Source: an uncultured virus (IMG/VR IMGVR_UViG_3300010391_001807)
Taxonomy: Duplodnaviria; Heunggongvirae; Uroviricota; Caudoviricetes
Virus record (IMG/VR): IMGVR_UViG_3300010391_001807
Reading direction: 5' to 3' (one strand)
DNA: 20,000 bases
Shown here one piece after another: positions 7,163 to 15,810 of this stretch. Position numbers and translations under genes: made by a program. The notes under the pieces were generated by a model. The model saw nothing but the letters and a program-made list of their open reading frames with translations, made no database searches and had not been told where the DNA came from. Position 1 is the first letter of the stretch, and every line of letters begins with the position of its first letter.

Positions 7163-10100
7163 CTATTGTGCCTGCTTGGGGGAAGTGGCCCCCTGCTTAG
7201 TCATTTCGGGTTCCTCTTGAGCAATTGTCCGATTAATTGGTTGACTCTTCTGGTTAATTGCATTTGTAATGACTTTTACTACATCCTGCATTTTTTCTTC
7301 GATTTCGCCCTCAGTAAATCTTAAAACCAACCACCCCTGTGAGGCAAGCTGGGTGTCACGATAACGATCTTTTTGAACCTTGTCATCATCTATGTGCCAA
7401 GTTTCACCATCGGCTTCGACCGCAACTTTAATGTCTGGGAAAGCACCATCCACTCTAAATTGATGATTACCATTAACTAAATACTGCATGAAGAATTTCA
7501 ACGGATAATTCTGTGACATAACCGCTTGATATAATTTAGCTTCAATAGAGGTCACTGGTGGTTTGTAGCCAATATTTTTATCTTTTTGTTTAGGATCTGG
7601 AGTTCCCATCAATCCTGCAGTTTTATAATGTTTTGTGATGATTTTGTCATAAACATTTGCATTAGAAGCATACAAGTATGATAATGGATAGCCTGGGGCT
7701 CCCCAGGTTGGAGTAATATCTAATAGAGCAATGGCATCTGCTTCTTCTGGCAATTCACCTCTGGCCCCATTTCCATCAACGATTCTATTCATGTCTGGCA
7801 AAAAGACATTCATGGTTTCAGTTGTTCCTGCAGTGCGAACCATGTTCCCAATATGTTGAGAGGCAGCTACTACTGTTCTATAATTCTCACTTAGAGCATT
7901 AGCTGTTGCTGCGGCAGGAGCCCCACCGGGAGCCCCACCTGGAGCCCCGCCCATGGCTCCTCCAGGCATTCCGCCCTCTGCAACAGGAGGCATTCCTCCC
8001 ATATCCCCACCCTCAGGCATGCCACCGCCCATCGCCGGAGGCATTACTGGCCCTCCGCCACCATAACCCCCTCCCGCTACATCTCCCGTGCCTACTCCTA
8101 ATCCAAGATTTGGACTGGCAAACATTTCTGACATTTCCTCTAACCTCATATTCTCAATTTCATTGTCCATATCTAAACCAAGGCCCTCTTCAATGAATGT
8201 TCTGGCCGATAAATCACCATTAGTCCTGGCCTGCCACATGAATTGTAATTTTTGAGAATTGTCTCTTAATTTTAAGTCATCCCAACGAACTGTTGGATAA
8301 ATATACTCTGTTTCTCCTCTTCTATTCTTATGAGTGAACCCATTAAATTCTGCAACTGGCTTGAATACTTTTTCCTCTAACCAGTTAGCAATTAAATTTC
8401 TTACGCTTTCTAAACGCTTGATGACAATTTCTACGGCAACCTGGGCATTAGAATAAGTAGGACCTTCGCCAGATAAAATGGCCTTCGTCAAACCTAAACC
8501 ATCAACCATCTCATTTTCAATCTGTTCAACTTCATTAGTTAATTGTAGGACCTTCCCAGAATTACCATGAATACCTATTTTACCATTTCTTTTAGTAATA
8601 AACAATCCAGTTGGTACTTGTAGACACCAAACAATATCATTATATGATTCTTTTGATATGTTTCTAGATCTAATTTCTCTAGTTTCCTGTTTAGTTTCAG
8701 GCCAATAAATTCTATAAATAGGTAATGGCGTATCTGTTTTATTAGTTTTTCTAATAGTTTCCATAGATACTTTAGGATTATATCCAAGTTTAATTAAAAT
8801 TTCTTGAACATTATCTGCTAATTCTTTAGATGTTGTAGAATATCTATTTTTACTTTTATTATTACAAGTGACAATATCTCCGTCACCATCCATTAAAGCA
8901 TCTAATAATATGGATAATTGTGATTGTGGCAAGTTTAACATCCATTGTGGGATTTTTTTACCATACGATTTAATACCAAATTCATTCACCAAATATCTAG
9001 ACAATTTAATATCATGTATTTTAAAATTTCTAACCTTTTCATTATTAATAGATGTTTTATATTTATTCTTAAAACACTTCTCTATATTTGATAATATTTT
9101 ATAATATGAATTATTATTTTCTTTTTGGTATATATATGTAGTTCCATTTAATTTATTTTCTTTGCTTGATCTTTGTTGGCTTCCTTCTGCAATATAATAT
9201 CCAATAAATCTAATAAAATCATTTAACTGTATATCTTTTAATATATCTATATTAGTATATGGATAATGATCTAAAAGAGAGCCAGCCCAATCTACAGATG
9301 ATAAAACTTTATCAAACTCTTGTATTTCATCAGCCCTAACTTTCATCCATTTAAAATCATATCTATTTTCTTCTTTATTCCATTTTCTCTTTTTTATCCA
9401 TAACATATGGTTAGGAGTAACTAAAGAATCATAATGCTTACCATGAATATTAATCATCGGCCCATAAGTTTCAGAATTGTAATCATAAATATATTTTTCT
9501 TCATATTTATAATATTCTAACTTATTATTTTCTGGATTATAGCAAGCAATATTATCATCTTCTAATACATCTGTATATTTTTTGAATCCATTTTTAGTTA
9601 ATACTTCTGTATCTGAAGAATAACAAGCTCCAACATAGTCATATTCAAAATCATGGTAAGTGACCAAAGTTGCAATTGGGTCATTAGCGATCTCTGCTAG
9701 TCTGGCTTGCAAATCATCAATATCTTGTTGGCTTGCAGGGCGATTATCACTGCCAATTTTGACAATTTTGATAGGGACAATGTGTCTTTCGGCGACGATC
9801 CACTGAGCCTGTCGGAGTTTATCCTTGTAGGCTAGAGTAGGAAATAGACGGCGAATTAATGGGACCCCATAGGTTGCATACGGCGGAGCCCCATGTTTAA
9901 AATGATGGATAGTTAAAGGATCTAGAGGAATTTTCTGGTTGGACCGCACTAATTTCTTAAGATGCTCTGGAATTCTAGCAACCACATCTTTCGGCTTATT
10001 ATCCTGAACCAACTTCTTCAATTCATTATTTGGGGTTAAATAGATTCTAGCTGCCTCAGGAGACAATGGCACGGGAATAACTTCCACTGTCAACGGGTCT

Positions 10101-10693
10101 AAAATGCTAATTCCTGACCAAGATGCTCCAGCATGGTCGCATTCCTCACCACCCTCTGTCATTCCCTGTCCTTTACATTTTGGACAGTCAATTTCCATCA
10201 TGACAAAAGCATCACCCATACCGAAATATTCTCTCAAAATCTTGGGCAAAGAAGATTCTAAGTCAATTTTTCTGATCATGTTCTCAAAATATTCTTTGAC
10301 CGCTGCATTAGGACAATCTAATTCGAAATGATTCATAGGAAAGTCCGAGAAAAAATCTATGGCCATGGCAATGCGTCCTTCATTTGCTATCCAGTAACTG
10401 CACCACTTGTAGACTTCAGTGCGGTTAGTAGGGATTTGCCATGCAGACGGGGTGTGTTGTGGCTGATAAAAACCTGGAGGGGTTTGAGTAATCCCCTGTG
10501 ATTGACTCGTGACTGTTCTACCCCTAGATGCTCTACGGGTATTATCGTAAAAAGACGAATTAACAAAAACAGGAGTTCCTCCTGCCGTGTTCATAGCTGG
10601 TATGTCGGGTTCTGTGTAAGAAGAGGCAAAATAACTTGCTCCCCTAATATTATTCCCCAATAATCTTCTTGGGGTTCCGGTGCGTTGCAGCAT
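7163..10693 (-). CDS. Portal protein precursor (1176 aa) with an intein and a C-terminal Vsr/DUF559-like endonuclease domain
   Basis: Portal-like motifs: 'IAMAIDFFSDFP', 'ILREYFGMGDAF', 'ILDPLTVEV', 'IHHFKH..PPYATYGVPLIRR', 'IKIVKIG', 'GLGLTKAILSGEGPTYSNAQVA', 'WLEEKVFKPVAEFNGF', 'PTVRWDDLKL'. Lies directly upstream of the prohead protease; SD GAGGGAG. Confidence 0.85.
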   Translation of the reverse strand: MLQRTGTPRRLLGNNIRGASYFASSYTEPDIPAMNTAGGTPVFVNSSFYDNTRRASRGRTVTSQSQGITQTPPGFYQPQHTPSAWQIPTNRTEVYKWCSYWIANEGRIAMAIDFFSDFPMNHFELDCPNAAVKEYFENMIRKIDLESSLPKILREYFGMGDAFVMMEIDCPKCKGQGMTEGGEECDHAGASWSGISILDPLTVEVIPVPLSPEAARIYLTPNNELKKLVQDNKPKDVVARIPEHLKKLVRSNQKIPLDPLTIHHFKHGAPPYATYGVPLIRRLFPTLAYKDKLRQAQWIVAERHIVPIKIVKIGSDNRPASQQDIDDLQARLAEIANDPIATLVTYHDFEYDYVGACYSSDTEVLTKNGFKKYTDVLEDDNIACYNPENNKLEYYKYEEKYIYDYNSETYGPMINIHGKHYDSLVTPNHMLWIKKRKWNKEENRYDFKWMKVRADEIQEFDKVLSSVDWAGSLLDHYPYTNIDILKDIQLNDFIRFIGYYIAEGSQQRSSKENKLNGTTYIYQKENNNSYYKILSNIEKCFKNKYKTSINNEKVRNFKIHDIKLSRYLVNEFGIKSYGKKIPQWMLNLPQSQLSILLDALMDGDGDIVTCNNKSKNRYSTTSKELADNVQEILIKLGYNPKVSMETIRKTNKTDTPLPIYRIYWPETKQETREIRSRNISKESYNDIVWCLQVPTGLFITKRNGKIGIHGNSGKVLQLTNEVEQIENEMVDGLGLTKAILSGEGPTYSNAQVAVEIVIKRLESVRNLIANWLEEKVFKPVAEFNGFTHKNRRGETEYIYPTVRWDDLKLRDNSQKLQFMWQARTNGDLSARTFIEEGLGLDMDNEIENMRLEEMSEMFASPNLGLGVGTGDVAGGGYGGGGPVMPPAMGGGMPEGGDMGGMPPVAEGGMPGGAMGGAPGGAPGGAPAAATANALSENYRTVVAASQHIGNMVRTAGTTETMNVFLPDMNRIVDGNGARGELPEEADAIALLDITPTWGAPGYPLSYLYASNANVYDKIITKHYKTAGLMGTPDPKQKDKNIGYKPPVTSIEAKLYQAVMSQNYPLKFFMQYLVNGNHQFRVDGAFPDIKVAVEADGETWHIDDDKVQKDRYRDTQLASQGWLVLRFTEGEIEEKMQDVVKVITNAINQKSQPINRTIAQEEPEMTKQGATSPKQAQ
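7255..7555 (-). other. Vsr/DUF559-like PD-(D/E)xK endonuclease domain at the portal C-terminus
   Basis: TSIEAKLYQA..FFMQY..FRVDGAFPDIKVAVEADGETWH..KDRYRDTQLASQGWLVLRFTEGEI matches the DUF559/Vsr pattern (E, Q, D, ExDG, H, RD..L...GW.VLRF). It is in frame with the portal with no intervening stop. Confidence 0.85.
8561..9625 (-). mobile_element. Intein (355 aa) with a LAGLIDADG homing endonuclease, inserted in the portal gene
   Basis: N-junction DYVGA|CYSSDTEVLTKNG (Cys357); block B 'LVTPNHMLW'; LAGLIDADG blocks 'FIGYYIAEGS' and 'LLDALMDGDG'; block H 'YSTTSKELADNVQEILIKLG'; blocks F/G 'VWCLQVPTGLFITKRNGKIGIHGN|S'. DNA is sharply more AT-rich than the flanks (e.g. 7 G+C in the 60 nt at 9061-9120). 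Confidence 0.95.
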
Positions 10694-10722
10694 TGTGAAA
10701 TCTCCCTCTTAGAATTAAATGC

Positions 10723-11073
10723 CTAAACAGAGACCCCTGCCCCCGGATTTTGAATTCGGTAATCTTCATATCTATTTGGATTATCTAATCCTCCTGGACC
10801 AGAAGGGTGTTGATCTAAAATAGCACTTGGAGTATTTCTGCCGATATTCTGTGACATAGGGAAGCCGAAGTATCCATTGGTATGTAAGTTTCTTAATTTC
10901 ATTTCCAAAGTTGTTTTCTCTGGAGGAGGGGACATCTTACTTTTCTGTGTTACTTCAGCGATCTGTTGTTCTGCTTCAGGCTCAGTCGCAATCTCATTGT
11001 TAGTTTTTACCAATGGAGGTAGTATGCCTCCACCGATACCTATAATTTTATTAAAAGCAGAAGTATACCACAT
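10723..11073 (-). CDS. Hypothetical protein (116 aa), probably head-associated
   Basis: Tightly packed in the operon; SD AGGGG; contains ExQI/ExKL motifs shared with neighbouring proteins. Confidence 0.75.
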   Translation of the reverse strand: MWYTSAFNKIIGIGGGILPPLVKTNNEIATEPEAEQQIAEVTQKSKMSPPPEKTTLEMKLRNLHTNGYFGFPMSQNIGRNTPSAILDQHPSGPGGLDNPNRYEDYRIQNPGAGVSV

Positions 11074-11075
11074 TA

Positions 11076-12863
11076 TTATTCCCCTGTAGGTCTAATAGAA
11101 TCTTTTCTAGGATAAGCTTGTTCCAATAATTCATCCATCAACTTATCTGTGTCAAACTTGAAGCTTTCCCTGAATTCTAATAATCTTTTTTCTACATTGG
11201 CATCTACTTCTTTGCCTTTATCTTTTTTATTATACAGTCTAGCTTCAGTATTTGAATCTACTTCATCTTTTTTATTAATTCCTCTCAATTTTGCCTCGGT
11301 GTTCTGGTCATAGCCAGTTTCGTGGCGATGAATGTCCTTAGAAGTTAAAACTTCATCTAATAATGATTCATAATTCAGCATTTTGCCAGGAGCCCCAGAG
11401 GTTGTTTTCTTGGAGGTTTTTAAATTATCCCACTCTCTGCCTCGAATATCAGCCTCTTCCATTCTTAGTTCGGTGCCCTTCATATATCCTCGTGGTGCCC
11501 ACGCTCGTTTCCCATCGGGTAATCTTAAATTCATGTCTTCATTATTAGGATTTTTCTGTACATCCAGTTTATCCATTACCTTGGCATGACTATCGGCCAC
11601 GTTTTCTAACCAATAAGCATATCGACAGAGAACACTACCATCTGTTTCAGTTTTCCCTTCGATGCAGTCTCTGCCACAAAAGGTCCAGGAAACAGGGATA
11701 TCTGTTCTGTTAAATGTTTTATATTTTGGACACATGTTATACCCGTGATTTACCCCACCGTCTCCTCTCGTCTCATAGAAAGCTTTCTTTAACATGGTTT
11801 TTTGTGGTAATAAACTATGATAAGCATATTTTAATCTTTCTGAAAGGTTCTCAAAGAATTCTGCGGTTTCGCTATAACAAGTTAGGTCTGAAATTAAACC
11901 ACTAATCACTTTTTTGGTCTTTTTATCTAAGGTAGTGGCATATTTCTCTGGGTTAAGATAACGAATTACTTCAGACACAACTAATTCATTAACATGGTTT
12001 GGATTATCAGCACATTTGACTAGTAAGTCAAAAGCCTCTTTGGTATTATAAATATATGTATCGCTGCTAGCAGAAGCAAATCTCTTCTGGATTTGGCTCA
12101 TGGCTGCAATGGTTTCACCAACATCATGGGAAACATCTTCTAAATTCTCTTCACAACCATTACATCCTTCTGGCAAAGCATTATGTGGTTTATCACCCAG
12201 ATTGATGACTTTCTCATCAACGTGCATTGGGCCGTCTCCCTCTTTCTTTCCAGTCATCATTGTAATTTTGCCCCTGATACCATCTAATTTCCCTTTATGC
12301 TCAGGGGATAGGACCACACCAGACAGTGGAAGACTATCTAAAATATTAGAATTCATCATTTTATTCATTAAGGACATTACACCAGAATTACCTTCTTCAT
12401 GAGAAGATGTAAGATCAGCGACTAGAAGACTCAGGATGTCCTGAATTTTCTTGAGATGATCAGCAATATTGAACCCAAATGTGTCTTCAGATTCCTCTAG
12501 CCCCTCTGGTTCCTCATCTCTGCCCTCATCACCCTCATCACCCTCATCACCCTCATCACCCTCGTCACCCTCGTCACCCTCATCATCCTCGTCATCCTCG
12601 TCGTAATCCTCTTCGAATTCACCTTCTGGTTCTTCGAGTTCTTCAACTTCCTCAGATTCATCATGAGGCCCTTCTAATTCTTCCGATCCAGATTCTTCAT
12701 CATGAGACTCCATGCTCTTTTGAAGGTTAAACTTAGGAGTTTCTTCCTCCAATTTATGTTTAGGAGCAAAACTTTTCATTTCTTCTGATGTATAAAATCT
12801 TGGATTTGTTTTTTTCTCAAGATGTTCTACTCTTTCTAACTGTGGTTTGCTAAACAATGGCAT
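11076..12863 (-). CDS. Hypothetical acidic protein (~595 aa) with a DEG repeat, a Cys-rich domain and ExRL repeats
   Basis: The ORF track starts at GTG 12872, but ATG 12863 has better SD spacing (AGGTG-6nt-ATG). Contains the CPK..FCGRDC..LCRY Cys cluster and C-terminal NTEAKL/NTEARL/NVEKRL repeats. Confidence 0.8.
   Translation of the reverse strand: MPLFSKPQLERVEHLEKKTNPRFYTSEEMKSFAPKHKLEEETPKFNLQKSMESHDEESGSEELEGPHDESEEVEELEEPEGEFEEDYDEDDEDDEGDEGDEGDEGDEGDEGDEGRDEEPEGLEESEDTFGFNIADHLKKIQDILSLLVADLTSSHEEGNSGVMSLMNKMMNSNILDSLPLSGVVLSPEHKGKLDGIRGKITMMTGKKEGDGPMHVDEKVINLGDKPHNALPEGCNGCEENLEDVSHDVGETIAAMSQIQKRFASASSDTYIYNTKEAFDLLVKCADNPNHVNELVVSEVIRYLNPEKYATTLDKKTKKVISGLISDLTCYSETAEFFENLSERLKYAYHSLLPQKTMLKKAFYETRGDGGVNHGYNMCPKYKTFNRTDIPVSWTFCGRDCIEGKTETDGSVLCRYAYWLENVADSHAKVMDKLDVQKNPNNEDMNLRLPDGKRAWAPRGYMKGTELRMEEADIRGREWDNLKTSKKTTSGAPGKMLNYESLLDEVLTSKDIHRHETGYDQNTEAKLRGINKKDEVDSNTEARLYNKKDKGKEVDANVEKRLLEFRESFKFDTDKLMDELLEQAYPRKDSIRPTGE
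12523..12603 (-). repeat. 9-bp tandem repeat (ccctcRtca x7 plus 2 degenerate) encoding (DEG)7
   Basis: Directly visible: ccctcatca/ccctcgtca units. Confidence 0.95.
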
Positions 12864-12877
12864 TTTTTGCACCTACC

Positions 12878-14077
12878 TTATACTTCAGAAGTTTTTACTG
12901 CTGAAGCCTTTCCCTGCACGGCCTTGGTTAAGAGATCTAAATACTCTTTGTTGTAATTTCTTCTTGTCAGTTCGGCCTTAACCATATTGAAATCTTTTTG
13001 TAATGTACCAGCCTCTATTGTTTTATTGCCAGGGTTATTTTCATTATATAATCCGGCCTCAAAGTCTTTGGAGCCAGTTAAATATGCAAGACGACTGATT
13101 AATTCCATGGTAGACATTAATTTGATATCTCTGTCAATATCATAGATGGATTTCCGATTCTTAAAACCGTCAATTTTCATGGGTTTAGAAGTATCTTTAG
13201 CCTGTGCATATTTAGCCAAGTTAAAACTAGATGATTTCTTATCCATTTTTTCTTCACTCCGTTTCTTTTCTTCTTTACGCCCCATGTTTTTCACAATGGA
13301 AACTGCTTTCTCAATGGTTTCGGCCTTCCACTGGTTCTTTTCTTGACGCAAAATCTTTCTCACAATTTCTCGCCGACTCATTCCGTGGTCTGACATTTTC
13401 CGAGCGAGGCCTAGTAATACTTTAAAAGGGTTCCCTTTCTTTCGTTTTTTGGTGGGATCCTCTTTTGCTTTCTCGTTGAATTCCTCACTGGTAGTTGAGG
13501 GAACTGACGTTGCCTTGGCCGCAGTTGCGACTCCACGGGTCCCTGGTGCAACTGCAGGGGCTCCAGTGGCAACTGCAGGAACTCCAGTTGCTCCTTCACT
13601 ATCTTGATGTCTGGCCTTTGCCTCATTAATCAATAATTCTGGGCTCCATTCCTCACCAGCCATTTGAGCAATTGATTCAGCCAATTCAATCAAAGACTGT
13701 TCTTTTTCGCCAGTTGCGGGGTTAACGGAAACCTTACGAGGATCTTCATCAGCCCTTCGGCTTAAAGCCATGACGCTTGTTACTAAACCATCATTACTAG
13801 CAAATTCTGGAGGGATGTCAGCCGTAGCGGCCTGCTTGGCTAAACTGCGGATCAATTCTTCATCTCCAGAACCAACGGCAGATTCATATACAATATCACC
13901 AATTATATCTCTCAGTGGTATTTTAGCATTATTACTATCCATAGGTTGGCCAGTATTATCTGTTAATTGAACCCCTGGCCCCATATCACTCCCGGTTGGT
14001 AAATTAATGACTGTTTCTCCATTAGGCAAAGCGATAGCTACTTTTTTTTCATATTGACTAAGATTAAATTTTATCAT
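12878..14077 (-). CDS. Hypothetical protein (399 aa)
   Basis: Long ORF within the operon; SD AGGA; acidic N-half, Ala/Thr linker and basic C-half; an FNL..Y motif occurs twice (KFNLSQYEKKVA, SFNLAKYAQA). Confidence 0.85.
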   Translation of the reverse strand: MIKFNLSQYEKKVAIALPNGETVINLPTGSDMGPGVQLTDNTGQPMDSNNAKIPLRDIIGDIVYESAVGSGDEELIRSLAKQAATADIPPEFASNDGLVTSVMALSRRADEDPRKVSVNPATGEKEQSLIELAESIAQMAGEEWSPELLINEAKARHQDSEGATGVPAVATGAPAVAPGTRGVATAAKATSVPSTTSEEFNEKAKEDPTKKRKKGNPFKVLLGLARKMSDHGMSRREIVRKILRQEKNQWKAETIEKAVSIVKNMGRKEEKKRSEEKMDKKSSSFNLAKYAQAKDTSKPMKIDGFKNRKSIYDIDRDIKLMSTMELISRLAYLTGSKDFEAGLYNENNPGNKTIEAGTLQKDFNMVKAELTRRNYNKEYLDLLTKAVQGKASAVKTSEV

Positions 14078-14085
14078 TCTTTATC

Positions 14086-14898
14086 CTATTTATTTAACAA
14101 ATCAGATAATTTGTTCATCAATTTACTACTTTCCATTTTCTTTTGCACAGATTGAGAGCGAATGGTTTCCTGATTAAACATTTGAGAGGTTCGCTCTTCT
14201 TTTGTTGCTGTGGGGCGACTAATTGACTTATGCCGTGTTTTCATAGCTTCTATCATTTCTTGTTTGCGTTGTTCTCGGGCAGCAGCATTGTCATAATTCA
14301 TCTGACCAAAGGCAGAATCGGTAACATTTTCAGTTGCTGTGCGGAAAATACTGCCACGAGACTGACTGGCAGAAATGGCTTCGTCATTGCGGCCTTTGAG
14401 GCGGGCCTGTGCCCAGGCATTGGCCTCTTCATCCCATCCTTGAGATGCTTCCATTTTCAAAACTTCTCGCCCTTTGGCAGCTTCTTCTGCCATGACGTGT
14501 CCCTGCATGTCTTCCATTAACATTTCTTCAATAACTGCTGTAGGGTCATCATACATATGGAACCCCATTGCTGTTCGAGGATCATATGTGGATTCGTCGC
14601 CAGGCTCTGCATCCATGGCACGGCGAATTGACCGACCATGCATATCATAGCCAGTATATTTTTGTTCATTAAAATCATCTACATCAGTAGGTGAAAAGCC
14701 CCTTTGGTCTACCCTTAAGGCTCCTTTCAATTGTTCCCACATGGATGTATCTGGCTGAGGGTCTGCTTTTTGAGCAGAGACATACTTTTTCTTGCGTCTT
14801 TCAGCCTTTACCACATCATTTTCTAATGCGACTTGCTTATTCATTAACTGCTCAAATGTACCATCGCCAACTTCTGCAATGCGACGTAGTTTACCCAT
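14086..14898 (-). CDS. Hypothetical protein (270 aa)
   Basis: SD GGAGG; 2-8 nt spacing to neighbouring genes; helical and charged. Confidence 0.85.
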   Translation of the reverse strand: MGKLRRIAEVGDGTFEQLMNKQVALENDVVKAERRKKKYVSAQKADPQPDTSMWEQLKGALRVDQRGFSPTDVDDFNEQKYTGYDMHGRSIRRAMDAEPGDESTYDPRTAMGFHMYDDPTAVIEEMLMEDMQGHVMAEEAAKGREVLKMEASQGWDEEANAWAQARLKGRNDEAISASQSRGSIFRTATENVTDSAFGQMNYDNAAAREQRKQEMIEAMKTRHKSISRPTATKEERTSQMFNQETIRSQSVQKKMESSKLMNKLSDLLNK

Positions 14899-14900
14899 TT

Positions 14901-15443
14901 TTATTTTCCTCCGTTATTTTGGAGAGAGGCTCTTAAATTTCTTAAAAACACTTGGTTACTTACTACCCCATCTGATACTTGGGCCTTGAACCACTCTTTT
15001 TGACCATCTTCAATTTTTAAGGTATCAATTAAACCATGAATTAGACTGTTCGCAGTCTTATTCATGTTGCTATTGTTATTGGAAGTAGGCAATAATGCTT
15101 CTATAGATGACAAAATATCACCTTTATCTTGAACAATTTCCTCTGAAGGGAACTCGTCAATTTCAACCTGAGCAATTAAATGCCTTTTCTTGGTTCTTGC
15201 TTCCAGAGGACTATCTTCCTTGGCAGCAGTTCGTTCTGGTTGTGGCCCCAATACGGCAAGATCTATCATATTAGAAGTAAAAGTTGGCACCTCAAGGGTG
15301 TCACCATCATTCATTCCAGAAGCCCGGCCATAATCATAGAACTTTGGTATTTTCTGTTCTAAAATGGAATTTAACTTATCAGTTAAACGCTCATATTTTT
15401 CATCACTACCTGCATCGCTTCTGCGAATTTTATTGGCTGGCAT
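14901..15443 (-). CDS. Hypothetical protein (180 aa)
   Basis: SD AGGAGG; abuts the upstream stop codon. Confidence 0.85.
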   Translation of the reverse strand: MPANKIRRSDAGSDEKYERLTDKLNSILEQKIPKFYDYGRASGMNDGDTLEVPTFTSNMIDLAVLGPQPERTAAKEDSPLEARTKKRHLIAQVEIDEFPSEEIVQDKGDILSSIEALLPTSNNNSNMNKTANSLIHGLIDTLKIEDGQKEWFKAQVSDGVVSNQVFLRNLRASLQNNGGK

Positions 15444-15797
15444 TTAAACTCCTCCTAATAAATCGGAATTCCAAGGGTCCATATTATTGGAAGCCCCGAC
15501 GTTTTCTTGTGTTTGTGGACCTTCTGGAGCTTCATGTTTTGATTTTATCTTTTTCAAGAAAGCCTGAAGTTGATTTTTATATTGCTGCTCTGGAGACAGT
15601 TGTGGACCCTGTGATACAAGATCTAATAAATCAGATTGCCAAACAAAACCATCGGAAGAACCTTGTTCCTCTATCGGTCCATTAGGAGACAATTGTGCGA
15701 CCACTCTAAATTTAGATTTAGGGGTTTCACAATCTAACAAATTAACTAATGGCTGTGTTAAAAAGACATTAGGATATTTTTCAGCAATGGTATCCAT
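15444..15797 (-). CDS. Hypothetical protein (117 aa)
   Basis: SD AAGGAG; tightly packed in the operon. Confidence 0.8.
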   Translation of the reverse strand: MDTIAEKYPNVFLTQPLVNLLDCETPKSKFRVVAQLSPNGPIEEQGSSDGFVWQSDLLDLVSQGPQLSPEQQYKNQLQAFLKKIKSKHEAPEGPQTQENVGASNNMDPWNSDLLGGV

Positions 15798-15810
15798 CCG
15801 AAGAATCTCC

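Noticed and set aside
7600..7625. Independent start for the Vsr-like domain (GCAGGATTGATG)
   Set aside because: AGGA is only 3 nt from the ATG, too close for an effective SD; fusion is the better reading.
12479..12730. His/Pro-rich plus-strand ORF (HHP repeats)
   Set aside because: Antisense reading of the 9-bp DEG repeat.
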